Of a DNA stretch of 64,000 nt, positions 38,794-48,199 are shown one piece after another. Within the stretch, counting starts at the first letter, position 1; the number at the start of each line of letters is the position of its first letter. Source of the DNA: Sphingobacteriaceae bacterium (GTDB taxonomy: Bacteria > Bacteroidota > Bacteroidia > Sphingobacteriales > Sphingobacteriaceae); the NCBI GenBank assembly GCA_947458875.1, contig CANGZD010000003.1, positions 6,690-70,689 on the forward strand, written 5' to 3'. The notes beneath the pieces are model-generated. The model ran no database searches and was not told the DNA's origin. It saw only the letters and a list, made by a program, of their open reading frames with translations. Made by a program: the position numbers and the translations under genes.

Positions 38794-39653
38794 AGACCCG
38801 CTTTAATCATTCTGTCTCTTCCGAATAAATCTTTTTTGAGTTCGATCGATCGAAAGCCTTTAGCTTGAAGAAGCTGACATGTTTCCACACCTAATTGCTC
38901 ATTGATCTCAAAGAATACTAAGCCACTGGTTCGTAAATGTTTCAAGGCAAAATCAGCAATACGATCATAGAAAATTAAAGGATCCTGATCGGTTACAAAC
39001 AAAGCCTTATGTGGTTCAAAATCCAATACATTTCGATGCATTTGGCTTTGTTCAGCTATTGTTACATAAGGGGGATTGCTGACGATGATATCGAAAGATT
39101 CCATTGTAAAAGAGGCATCAGCCTGTAAGATATCCTGATGAATAAAATCAACCTCCAAGCCATTTAGCTCAGCATTACTACGAGCTGTGGCTAAAGCTTC
39201 ATTTGAAATATCTAATCCGAAAACACTTGCATGAGGCAATTCCGACTTTAAAGCAATGGGTATGCAGCCACTACCGGTGCCTATATCCAAAATATACGGA
39301 TGATGATATTTTAGTTCTTTGAGTTCGTCCAATATCAACTTAACCAACTCTTCGGTTTCTGGTCTTGGAATGAGTACAGAAGGATTGACCTTGAAATTTA
39401 AGCCGTAAAACGTTGTTTCACCTAAAACATACTGAATGGGTTTACCCGTGTTTAATTCTGATAAAATTGCGGATGTTTCCTGAAGTTGTTGCTCATTCAA
39501 TAAATCTTGCTGATGTGATAGGTAAAATGCTTTATCTATCTTGAATCGAGACTTGAGCATGATAAAAAATAAGCTTTTGATCTCCAATTCCGGATAAAGG
39601 GGAGCTAAAGATTTCTGCCATTCCTTTTCAATCTGCAACCAATTCATGTTCAC
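38790..39653 (-). CDS. prmC: release-factor glutamine N5-methyltransferase
   Basis: DIGTGSGCI SAM motif and NPPY. Confidence 0.85.
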   Translation of the reverse strand: MNMNWLQIEKEWQKSLAPLYPELEIKSLFFIMLKSRFKIDKAFYLSHQQDLLNEQQLQETSAILSELNTGKPIQYVLGETTFYGLNFKVNPSVLIPRPETEELVKLILDELKELKYHHPYILDIGTGSGCIPIALKSELPHASVFGLDISNEALATARSNAELNGLEVDFIHQDILQADASFTMESFDIIVSNPPYVTIAEQSQMHRNVLDFEPHKALFVTDQDPLIFYDRIADFALKHLRTSGLVFFEINEQLGVETCQLLQAKGFRSIELKKDLFGRDRMIKAGL

Positions 39654-39706
39654 AAAGTACGTTATTTAATAGCCGAAAAACCAGCTAAAATGTATTAATT
39701 TGCAAC

Positions 39707-40753
39707 ATGTCTGCAGATGAACTGTATATGCTTCGCTGTTTAGAACTGGCAAGTTTGGGAGCGGGTTACGTAAGTCCGAACCCAATGGTTGGTGCAGTGA
39801 TTGTAGCTGATGGAAAAATCATCGGTGAAGGCTATCATCAACATTATGGCGAAGCGCATGCAGAAGTCAATGCCATACATAATGTGCTGTCTCAGTATCC
39901 CAATGCGGAGGCTTTACTTCAACGGTCGACCATGTATGTCAGCTTGGAACCTTGCGCTCATTTTGGCAAAACTCCACCTTGCTCCGATCTGATTCTAAAA
40001 TATCAAATACCCAAGGTGGTAATTGGCTCCCGAGATCCGTATGCTGAAGTAAATGGAAAAGGGATCTCCAAATTACAAGCTACTGGAATTGAAGTGATTG
40101 AAGGTGTTTTAAAGCAGGAATGCCTGAATTTAAACAAGCGATTTTTCACCCGAATTGCTAAACAAAGGCCCTATATTATTTTAAAATGGGCACAAACTGC
40201 CGATGGGTATTTTGCTCCAGAACAGGGACAGCATTGGATCAGTTCTGAGTCTGCTAAAATTTTAACGCATCGCTGGCGAAGCGAAGAAGACGCTGTTCTG
40301 GTAGGTTACCGTACCGCACTAAGCGATGATCCACAATTGAATGTAAGAGCATGGACGGGCAGAAACCCCAAGAGGATTGTGATTGACAGGAATTTGAGCT
40401 TGCCTAAAAGCTTACATCTTTTCGATCAAAGTCAGGAAACATTGGTTTTTAATGCGTTTAAAACAGAAATCGACCAACAAATTAAATATTTAGAGCTAGA
40501 GAACTTCGATACGCTCTTACCACAATCGATCTGCTACCAATTATACTTGATGGATGTGCAATCGCTGATTATTGAAGGTGGTGCTCAAACGCTTGAATTA
40601 TTCATCAAAGCCGGTTTGTGGGATGAAGCACGTGTTTTTACAGGATCAGAAATATGGGCTAAAGGAATTAAATCCCCCAAACTTGATGCAAAAACAGCAG
40701 AAAAACATCACATCGGCACAGATGTCTTAACTATTTATCATCGAGAGATATGA
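39707..40753 (+). CDS. ribD: bifunctional riboflavin biosynthesis deaminase/reductase RibD
   Basis: Zinc deaminase motifs HAEVNAI and PCAHFGKTPPC, plus a C-terminal reductase domain. Confidence 0.9.
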   Translation: MSADELYMLRCLELASLGAGYVSPNPMVGAVIVADGKIIGEGYHQHYGEAHAEVNAIHNVLSQYPNAEALLQRSTMYVSLEPCAHFGKTPPCSDLILKYQIPKVVIGSRDPYAEVNGKGISKLQATGIEVIEGVLKQECLNLNKRFFTRIAKQRPYIILKWAQTADGYFAPEQGQHWISSESAKILTHRWRSEEDAVLVGYRTALSDDPQLNVRAWTGRNPKRIVIDRNLSLPKSLHLFDQSQETLVFNAFKTEIDQQIKYLELENFDTLLPQSICYQLYLMDVQSLIIEGGAQTLELFIKAGLWDEARVFTGSEIWAKGIKSPKLDAKTAEKHHIGTDVLTIYHREI

Positions 40754-41601
40754 TCTACGTTTTATTGAGTGTATGCTGTAGTGTTATTGTTTCTATCCTA
40801 CTGAAACTGGCACGTCGTTACGAGATCAATATATATCAGGCCATTGGATTTAATTACGCCGCCGCTGCCCTACTCTGTTATTGGCTTTTTAAACCAGCTC
40901 TAACCAATGTACATCCCGAGGCCCCCATATCGATTTACCTGACCTTAGGCTTTTTATTACCAACTATTTTTGTGGTGATGGCCTATTCTATCCGTTATGC
41001 AGGAATCGTACGTACAGATATTGCCCAGAGACTATCCTTAATTATTCCGCTATTGGCGGCCTATCTCCTTTTTAATGAACAATTCTCTATCGTTAAAAGT
41101 GGTGCCATCACATTAGGTTTAATAGCAGTTTTGTTTTCTATTCCATGGGATAAAAATGATGCAGAAAGCAAAAAATCCTGGCTATTTCCAGTAAGCGTTT
41201 TTTTTGGATTTGGATTGATTGATATTTTATTCAAGCAAATCGCTACTTACAAAAACATCCCGTTTACTACAGCTCTATTTTTCATCTTCTTGTTGGCATT
41301 GGGGATTTCTTCGTTCTATTTAATGTACAGCATGATTTTCAAAAAGATGCGCATAACGTTCATCAATTTGATTTGTGGATTAATCTTGGGGCTCTTTAAT
41401 TTCGGAAACATCTATTTCTACCTGAAGGCTCATCAGGAACTCAATACCCAACCCTCTCTTGTTTTCACGGCGATGAATATCGGTGTAATTACACTGGGTT
41501 CGTTGGTAGGATTGATGATTTTTAAGGAGAAATTGAGTAAACTCAATTATGCAGGGATAGTTATGGCTATTGTAGCAATTCTGATTATTGCCTTGAATTA
41601 A
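40750..41601 (+). CDS. polytopic membrane protein, DMT/EamA-like
   Basis: 283 aa with about 9-10 hydrophobic helices. ATGA overlap with the ribD stop. Confidence 0.45.
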   Translation: MIYVLLSVCCSVIVSILLKLARRYEINIYQAIGFNYAAAALLCYWLFKPALTNVHPEAPISIYLTLGFLLPTIFVVMAYSIRYAGIVRTDIAQRLSLIIPLLAAYLLFNEQFSIVKSGAITLGLIAVLFSIPWDKNDAESKKSWLFPVSVFFGFGLIDILFKQIATYKNIPFTTALFFIFLLALGISSFYLMYSMIFKKMRITFINLICGLILGLFNFGNIYFYLKAHQELNTQPSLVFTAMNIGVITLGSLVGLMIFKEKLSKLNYAGIVMAIVAILIIALN

Positions 41602-41602
41602 T

Positions 41603-42217
41603 ATGCTTTTCCAAGATACCTACAAAACCATTCAATTGCCTTCTGAAGGTATCTTTAGAGATCGTGGAAGCAAATTCATAGCATATGCCTATCCCATCCA
41701 ATCGGAAGAAGAAGTTAAATCCATTATTCAAGATCTCAAATTAGCGCATCCAAAGGCTAGGCATCATTGTTGGGCACTTCGCTTAAGTCCCAATCGTTCT
41801 TTTTTTAGGATTAATGATGACGGAGAGCCTTCGGGAACCGCCGGCAGACCGATTTTAAATACACTTTTATCGCATGACCTTACGCAAATTTTGATAGTGG
41901 TGGTGCGTTATTTTGGAGGAACCTTGTTGGGTGTTCCAGGCTTGATCAATGCCTACAAAACCGCAGCTGCAGAAGCAATTTCAGCAGCAAAAGTCATAGA
42001 AAAAACAGTTAATGATCAATATCAATTAGTTTTTGATTACCTGCAGCTGAACGAGGTAATGAAGCTCATTAAGGACAAACAGCTCAAAGTTATCAGCCAA
42101 GAAATGAATAATTACTGCAAATTGTTGGTTGAAATACGACAATCCGAAGTAAATCAACTGATCGGTCAATTTGAAAAAATACCTAATTTGAGGATACAAT
42201 ACCTCCAAACCTTATGA
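41603..42217 (+). CDS. yigZ: YigZ/IMPACT-family protein (UPF0029)
   Basis: GSKFIAYAYP.. and DDGEPSGTAGRPIL motifs. Confidence 0.75.
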   Translation: MLFQDTYKTIQLPSEGIFRDRGSKFIAYAYPIQSEEEVKSIIQDLKLAHPKARHHCWALRLSPNRSFFRINDDGEPSGTAGRPILNTLLSHDLTQILIVVVRYFGGTLLGVPGLINAYKTAAAEAISAAKVIEKTVNDQYQLVFDYLQLNEVMKLIKDKQLKVISQEMNNYCKLLVEIRQSEVNQLIGQFEKIPNLRIQYLQTL

Positions 42218-43077
42218 ACAGAATTACTGATACTGATTTGATTTTGAACCCAGATGGCAGTGTTTACCACTTAAACCTTTTGCCTGAGGACCTAGCCAAC
42301 ACCATTATCACCGTTGGGGACCCTGACCGTGTTGCTGAAGTAAGCAAGCACTTCGATAACCTGGAATTAAAAAAAGGTAAACGGGAATTCATTACTCATA
42401 CCGGCTTTTTAGGCAATCAGCGAATCAGTGTGGTGTCTACAGGTATTGGTACCGATAATATTGATATTGTGCTGAATGAACTGGATGCCTTGGTAAACAT
42501 AGATTTAAGATCCCGCCAGGTTAAAGAACAACTTACCAGTTTAAATATCATCCGGATTGGAACCTCTGGTACCATTCAGTCCGATATTCCCATAGATAGC
42601 ATCTTAGTTTCTGAATTTGCCTTGGGTTTAGATGCATTAATGGGATATTATCAATATCCGGAAACTAAGGAAGAAAAAGAATTGTTATCGGCTTTAAAAA
42701 ATCAAGTGCCTGATCTACAAAGCTTGAATCCTTACTTTACTCATGCCGGAAATGATTTAATGAATAAATTGGGTAAAGGCTTGCAGAAAGGTATTACCGT
42801 GACCGCTCCTGGCTTTTATGCGCCTCAGGGCCGTATTCTACGCTATCAATCCAAAATTGATAAGCTCATCGGTAAACTCAACACTTTCAGCTATCAAAAT
42901 AAACGAATTACAAATTTGGAGATGGAAACAGCAGGCATTTATGCACTGGCAACTATTTTTGGTCATCAGGCCATTTCAGTCAATGCCATCTTAGCAAGCC
43001 GGATAAAACTGGAGTTCAGCAAAAATCCACAGAACATTGTTAATGAAGCAATAAAATTAGTTTTAGAGCGGATTTAA
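42214..43077 (+). CDS. PNP/UDP-family nucleoside phosphorylase or nucleosidase
   Basis: Uridine-phosphorylase-like sequence (..TVGDPDRV.., IRIGTSG, LEMETAG). ATGA overlap with yigZ. Confidence 0.6.
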   Translation: MNRITDTDLILNPDGSVYHLNLLPEDLANTIITVGDPDRVAEVSKHFDNLELKKGKREFITHTGFLGNQRISVVSTGIGTDNIDIVLNELDALVNIDLRSRQVKEQLTSLNIIRIGTSGTIQSDIPIDSILVSEFALGLDALMGYYQYPETKEEKELLSALKNQVPDLQSLNPYFTHAGNDLMNKLGKGLQKGITVTAPGFYAPQGRILRYQSKIDKLIGKLNTFSYQNKRITNLEMETAGIYALATIFGHQAISVNAILASRIKLEFSKNPQNIVNEAIKLVLERI

Positions 43078-43790
43078 ACTGTTTTGGCAAGTTCCAGAAA
43101 ATGTGCTAAAGCAGTCTTTTTAGCATCATCCCAATCATAACGGATATACTCATTCAGATATTTAGCCATATCGAAATTTGGAAAGGTGTCTAGTTCGTTA
43201 ATCAAGATGGAACGATGTTTCAAGCCAAACGCTAATGCCTCATTAAATTGAGAGATAAATTCATCAGAAACCGGTTTATTGCTTACCCAGGCAGCAAAAA
43301 CAAAAGGCAAAGCAGTCATCTCGAACCAACAAGCAGATAAATCATAGGCATATGCATACTGATCGGCCTTACCAAAAGTGCGGTCGCCTATTTGTACAAA
43401 AGCTTCAGCTTCTGCAGTTTCTACCCAATTTGGATTGATTTTCCAATGATTTTTGAGTAAAACCCTGGCTAATAGATTGGAAGTACGTGATTGCTGATCA
43501 GCTCGAATGGTTTTGATCTCAGAAATCGGTTTTTCACTGAAAATAAAGACAGAGTTTACTGCTCCAAGGGCGCCAATACAATAATCTGATACGATTTGAT
43601 AATGCTTCAGAGATAACAAAGTAGCTACAGGAACTAAACCTATATCTATCTGATTATTAATAAGTTTATCTGCACAATCTGAAGGAATATCTAAACTCAA
43701 ATCAATCTGATCATTCAATTGTTTTAAACCATAAACAAATGGTTTGGCATTGGTATAAGAAACAGCAGAAACTCTCATCTTCTCCGGCAT
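43074..43790 (-). CDS. mqnA: chorismate dehydratase MqnA (futalosine pathway)
   Basis: N-terminal RVSAVSYTNAKPFVYGL and a periplasmic-binding-protein-like fold typical of MqnA. Confidence 0.7.
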   Translation of the reverse strand: MPEKMRVSAVSYTNAKPFVYGLKQLNDQIDLSLDIPSDCADKLINNQIDIGLVPVATLLSLKHYQIVSDYCIGALGAVNSVFIFSEKPISEIKTIRADQQSRTSNLLARVLLKNHWKINPNWVETAEAEAFVQIGDRTFGKADQYAYAYDLSACWFEMTALPFVFAAWVSNKPVSDEFISQFNEALAFGLKHRSILINELDTFPNFDMAKYLNEYIRYDWDDAKKTALAHFLELAKTV

Positions 43791-43801
43791 GGCACTTTAT
43801 T

Positions 43802-44416
43802 TTATAAATGTTTCAAGTGATTTCTATTGTTAAAATCAATGATTTCGAAATCCTTTCCATCAAAATAGATCTTGTATAAACTTACATTGGAGTGCGGAAA
43901 CTGATCCATTTGAGACAAAGACAAACCACTAATAGTGCAAAGTAATAAGCGTAAAGCCCTTCCATGCATACAAACCAATACATTTTCGGCCGTATCTAAG
44001 CATTTAACTTCTTCTAAAAAGGTCAATTGTCTGGCCTGAACTTCGAGCGGGCTCTCACCTAATTCAAATTTTCGATCCAAAAAGCCATTGGTCCAGGCTG
44101 TGGTTAATTCTTCAAAATGAGGTTTGGTGATTTCGGAGGGTTTTCCTTCATAAATACCCCAAGCTAACTCATCTAAACCTTCATGTTGCACCCAGGGAAT
44201 ATCTTTTTTAAGGAAATAATCTACCGTTTGATGGGTACGTTTAAGTGTAGAGGTAAAGATGAGATCAAATGGTATATGCTGATAATGTTGATAGAAGGCC
44301 TGAGCTTGTTTCTTTCCCCACTCGTTCAAATCAGTATTCAACCCACGACCCTGAATAATGCCCTGTTTGTTCAGATCAGTTTCACCGTGCCGTATGATGT
44401 AAAGGGTTTTCTTCAT
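43802..44416 (-). CDS. histidine phosphatase (dPGM-like) family protein
   Basis: Catalytic RHG motif (YIIRHGETDLN) and a downstream His (CMHGRALR). Confidence 0.8.
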   Translation of the reverse strand: MKKTLYIIRHGETDLNKQGIIQGRGLNTDLNEWGKKQAQAFYQHYQHIPFDLIFTSTLKRTHQTVDYFLKKDIPWVQHEGLDELAWGIYEGKPSEITKPHFEELTTAWTNGFLDRKFELGESPLEVQARQLTFLEEVKCLDTAENVLVCMHGRALRLLLCTISGLSLSQMDQFPHSNVSLYKIYFDGKDFEIIDFNNRNHLKHL

Positions 44417-45612
44417 GAATTAATTACCGGCAGCGGATAAAATTTAGGTTTAGATTCTTCCGGGAATTCGAAATCCTGATAATCCTGAATTACGGAATAT
44501 AAGGTATCCCGTTCAATTGGGTGACGACCTACCTGTTTGATCAGGTCTACCAGTTCTTTCGTACTCATGGCCGGATTTTGCTCTTCGGCACCTGCCATCG
44601 AATAAATTTTAGTGGTATCGTCAATCGTACCATCGATATCATCCACTCCAAATGACAGGGATAATTGAGCAGTATTACGGCCAATCATCGCCCAGTATGA
44701 CTTAATATGATCGAAATTATCCAGATAGATACGAGAGATGGCGTAATTGCGCAAATCTTCAATCACACTTACCTCCGCTACATGCGACATCTGGTTATCC
44801 TGATTCCTGAATTTTAGTGGAATAAAGGTTTGAAAACCACCGGTACGATCCTGAAGTTGTCGCAATTGTTCCATATGATCAACCCGATGCCAATAGGATT
44901 CAATATGGCCGTAAAGCATGGTTGCGTTAGAGCGCATCCCTAATTTGTGCCATTCTTCGTGAATAGCCAACCATTGTTTTCCGGTACATTTATCTTTCGC
45001 AATCTGCTCTCTGATCTCCGGATTAAAAATCTCAGCACCACCCCCTGGAATAGAATCCAATCCGGCTTCTTTCATCATTTTCATGCCAGTAGGATAATCG
45101 AACTTGGCTTTTTTAAAGATATAGTGATATTCTACCGGAGTCAAAGCCTTCACGTGAAGCTCTGGACGATGTTTTTTTATGCTAGTAAATAAGTTCGAAT
45201 AAAATTCCAGATCGTATTGTGGGAGTACGCCACCAACAATATGCACTTCTGTAACCGGCTGCTCATCGTACTGTTTAACGATATTCAGCATCTCCTCCAT
45301 GGTATAAGCCCAACCCTCCTCTTTTTGCTTAAGAAGACGAGAATAGGAACAAAACTTACAGTCGTACACACACAAATTAGTGGGCTCTATATGGAAATTA
45401 CGATTGAAATAAGTGGTATTTCCATGTCTTTCTTCACGAATATAGTTGGCCAGCACTCCTAAGTAAGACAATTCAGCTTTTTCGTATAGGATCACACCTT
45501 CATCAAAAGAAATACGCTCATTTTGAGCGATTTTTTGGGCAATTGTTCTTAAATCTGAATCGAGATCCGGATCTTGAATCAAGTACTGAAGTTTAGTGGT
45601 GCAGATTGACAT
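44413..45612 (-). CDS. radical SAM menaquinone-biosynthesis enzyme, MqnE/MqnC (CofH-like) family
   Basis: CVYDCKFC cluster motif and 399 aa length. Same operon as mqnA. I cannot tell MqnE from MqnC by eye. Confidence 0.7.
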   Translation of the reverse strand: MSICTTKLQYLIQDPDLDSDLRTIAQKIAQNERISFDEGVILYEKAELSYLGVLANYIREERHGNTTYFNRNFHIEPTNLCVYDCKFCSYSRLLKQKEEGWAYTMEEMLNIVKQYDEQPVTEVHIVGGVLPQYDLEFYSNLFTSIKKHRPELHVKALTPVEYHYIFKKAKFDYPTGMKMMKEAGLDSIPGGGAEIFNPEIREQIAKDKCTGKQWLAIHEEWHKLGMRSNATMLYGHIESYWHRVDHMEQLRQLQDRTGGFQTFIPLKFRNQDNQMSHVAEVSVIEDLRNYAISRIYLDNFDHIKSYWAMIGRNTAQLSLSFGVDDIDGTIDDTTKIYSMAGAEEQNPAMSTKELVDLIKQVGRHPIERDTLYSVIQDYQDFEFPEESKPKFYPLPVINS

Positions 45613-45619
45613 AGAAATG

Positions 45620-45627
45620 CAAAAATA
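45620..45627 (-). promoter_or_regulatory. -7 promoter element 7 nt upstream of the radical-SAM gene ATG
   Basis: The minus strand reads TATTTTTG-CATTTCT-ATG. Confidence 0.4.
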
Positions 45628-45712
45628 AGTATTCAGCAGACAATATTCAGCCTAATTATTGTTGAAAAGAACGGAATGACGTAAGTTTACTTAAAGATTA
45701 TAGAGCTGTTTC

Positions 45713-46828
45713 ATGAAATTAGAAACCATTGCCATACATGCCGGAAATCATCCGGATGAACATACCAAGGCGGTCATTCAACCCATTACGCTATCCAGCA
45801 CTTTTGAAAGAGCCGAAGATGGATCCTACCCACAAGGTTACATGTACACCCGATTGGATAATCCAAACCGGAGATCTTTAGAACTGGTTTTATCCAAATT
45901 AGAAGGTGGTGCTGATGCATGCGCTTTTTCATCTGGTAATGCAGCCGGAACTGCTGTTTTTCAAGCCTTGGAACCTGGAAGCCATGTTTTGGCACCAGAT
46001 GACATGTATCATGGCCTCCGAAATTCTCTCCTTCAAGTTTTCAAAGGTATTTTGGAGGTCGATTTCATCGATATGACCAATCATGAGCTCATCCAATCCT
46101 CCATTAAACCGAATACCAAACTGATTTGGCTGGAAACACCTTCCAATCCCTTACTTAAAGTCAGTGACATCAGACAGATCGCAAGCATCGCAAAAACCAA
46201 AGACATCCTGATTGCGGTAGATAATACCTTCGCCACCCCGGTCATTCAGGCGCCTATTTTTTATGGAGCTGATTTGGTGATGCATTCCACCACCAAATAC
46301 CTGGGTGGGCATAGCGACGTATTGGGTGGTGCCTTGATTTGCAAAGAGAATAATCCTTTATGGCAAAGAATTAGAAACATTCAGCAACTATCTGGAGCAG
46401 TACCCGCACCATTCGATTGCTACATGACCGTTCGGGGTATTAAAACACTTCCCTATCGAATGAAGGGGCACATGGAAAACGCCAAAGCGCTGGCAAAATT
46501 CTTAGACGCACATCCCAAAGTGGAGAAAGTCTATTTCCCGGGTTTAGAAAGTCACCCACAATACGAGGTGATCAAAAAACAATTATGCGGACCCGGAGCA
46601 ATGCTCTCATTTTTAGTGAAAGACGGCGAAAAAGCGGCTCAAACGGTATGTAATAAAGTAAAGATCTTTACCCAGGCCACCAGTTTAGGTGGAGTGGAAA
46701 GTTTACTGGAGCATCGTGCATCAGTAGAGGGACCTAATACCCTTACGCCTAAAAACCTGATAAGAGTTTCTGTTGGATTAGAACACATCGACGATTTAAT
46801 AGCCGACTTGGAACAGGCGCTTGCTTAA
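45713..46828 (+). CDS. Cys/Met-metabolism PLP enzyme (second paralogue, cystathionine gamma-synthase/beta-lyase family)
   Basis: MKLETIAIHAG start and STTKYLGGHSD PLP-lysine region. Confidence 0.8.
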   Translation: MKLETIAIHAGNHPDEHTKAVIQPITLSSTFERAEDGSYPQGYMYTRLDNPNRRSLELVLSKLEGGADACAFSSGNAAGTAVFQALEPGSHVLAPDDMYHGLRNSLLQVFKGILEVDFIDMTNHELIQSSIKPNTKLIWLETPSNPLLKVSDIRQIASIAKTKDILIAVDNTFATPVIQAPIFYGADLVMHSTTKYLGGHSDVLGGALICKENNPLWQRIRNIQQLSGAVPAPFDCYMTVRGIKTLPYRMKGHMENAKALAKFLDAHPKVEKVYFPGLESHPQYEVIKKQLCGPGAMLSFLVKDGEKAAQTVCNKVKIFTQATSLGGVESLLEHRASVEGPNTLTPKNLIRVSVGLEHIDDLIADLEQALA

Positions 46829-48162
46829 GCTTCGCGATTGGTATCCCAGCCCTCTAAGTAATCGGCTACCTTACGGACAAAAGATCCACCTAAAGCACCA
46901 TCTACCACACGGTGGTCGTAAGATAAGGACAGGAACATCATGTGACGAATAGCAATAACGTCTCCGTGTTCAGTTTCAATCACCGCTGGTTTCTTCTTAA
47001 TTGCTCCTACAGCTAAAATAGCTACCTGAGGTTGATTGATGATGGGCGTTCCCATCACATTGCCAAAAGAACCTACATTGGTGAGTGTAAAAGTACCGTT
47101 CTGCACTTCATCGGGTTGCAACTTATTCTGACGGGCACGGTTAGCCAAATCATTTACCGATTTGGTGATACCCACCAAATTAAGCTGGTCGGCATTTTTG
47201 ATAACCGGCACAATCAAATTTCCGGAAGGTAAAGCAGTCGCCATGCCAATGTTGATGTCTTTCTTCTTGATGATCTGATTCCCATTTACAGAAACATTGA
47301 TCATCGGAAAATCTTTAATGGCTTTAGAAACCGCTTCTATAAAGATTGGAGTAAATGTAATTTTCTCGTTTTCACGCTTTTCAAAACCTTTTTTAATGCG
47401 TTCTCTCCATTGTACGATATTAGTCACATCGGCTTCAACAAAAGAAGTAACGTGAGGAGAAGTATGTTTACTCATTACCATGTGGTCGGCAATCAGCTTA
47501 CGCATCCGATCCATTTCGATGATTTCATCACCACCTGATACTGAAACAGTAGGTGCTGGTGCTGGTGCAGCTTTAGGTGCCTCTGTTTTTTGAGTTTCCG
47601 TTTTTTGTGGCTGTGGAGCAGCACTACCTGTTCTACTCGCCAGATAATCTAAAATATCTTGCTTGGTCACTCGTCCATCGGCACCGCTACCATTAATTGA
47701 ATCTAATTCGCTAAGTGAAATAGCTTCTTCAGCAGCAATACTTTTTACCAGAGGTGAATAAAAACGCTCTGATGCACTGAAATCAGCTTTGGGAGCAACT
47801 ACTTGTTCAGGTGTAGATAATTGTTCAATTCCAGGGATTTCTGCAGCTTTAGGGGTCTCCTCCGTAGCTGGCACATTTACCTGAACAGGTTCAGAAACAG
47901 TTGTTTCAACCGATGCGTTCATATCTGTATCGATGATAGCAATTACCTGACCAACCTGTGCAATGTCGTTTTCTACGAAAAGTTGTTTTATCAATTTTCC
48001 GGCAACCGGCGATGGCACTTCAGAGTCTACCTTATCGGTAGCGATTTCTAAAACCGTTTCGTCCATTTTGATGGTATCGCCGGGCTGTTTTACCCATTTA
48101 ATAATGGTAGCCTCAGCGACACTTTCGCCCATTTTAGGAAGTGTTAATTGATATTCAGCCAT
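46825..48162 (-). CDS. 2-oxoacid dehydrogenase E2 (dihydrolipoamide acyltransferase)
   Basis: Lipoyl domain (EIATDKVDSEVPSP), Ala/Pro linker, E3-binding domain and catalytic DHRVVDG. Confidence 0.85.
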   Translation of the reverse strand: MAEYQLTLPKMGESVAEATIIKWVKQPGDTIKMDETVLEIATDKVDSEVPSPVAGKLIKQLFVENDIAQVGQVIAIIDTDMNASVETTVSEPVQVNVPATEETPKAAEIPGIEQLSTPEQVVAPKADFSASERFYSPLVKSIAAEEAISLSELDSINGSGADGRVTKQDILDYLASRTGSAAPQPQKTETQKTEAPKAAPAPAPTVSVSGGDEIIEMDRMRKLIADHMVMSKHTSPHVTSFVEADVTNIVQWRERIKKGFEKRENEKITFTPIFIEAVSKAIKDFPMINVSVNGNQIIKKKDINIGMATALPSGNLIVPVIKNADQLNLVGITKSVNDLANRARQNKLQPDEVQNGTFTLTNVGSFGNVMGTPIINQPQVAILAVGAIKKKPAVIETEHGDVIAIRHMMFLSLSYDHRVVDGALGGSFVRKVADYLEGWDTNREA

Positions 48163-48179
48163 AGGTTTTGTATTTCGGG

Positions 48180-48187
48180 CAAAATTA
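48180..48187 (-). promoter_or_regulatory. -7 promoter element (TAnnTTTG on minus strand)
   Basis: Plus-strand CAAAATTA lies 17 nt upstream of the ATG at 48162, inside the 37-bp gap after cinA. Confidence 0.4.
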
Positions 48188-48199
48188 ATGCTTTTTTGG

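Noticed and set aside
39654-39706. FMN riboswitch upstream of ribD.
   Set aside because: Only 53 bp separate the divergent prmC and ribD starts, which is far too short for an FMN aptamer.
45613-45712. SAM riboswitch upstream of the transsulfuration paralogues (also 33802-33913).
   Set aside because: The spacers are about 100-112 bp, AT-rich and shared with divergent promoters. I could not find the conserved SAM-I helices or GC-rich junction.
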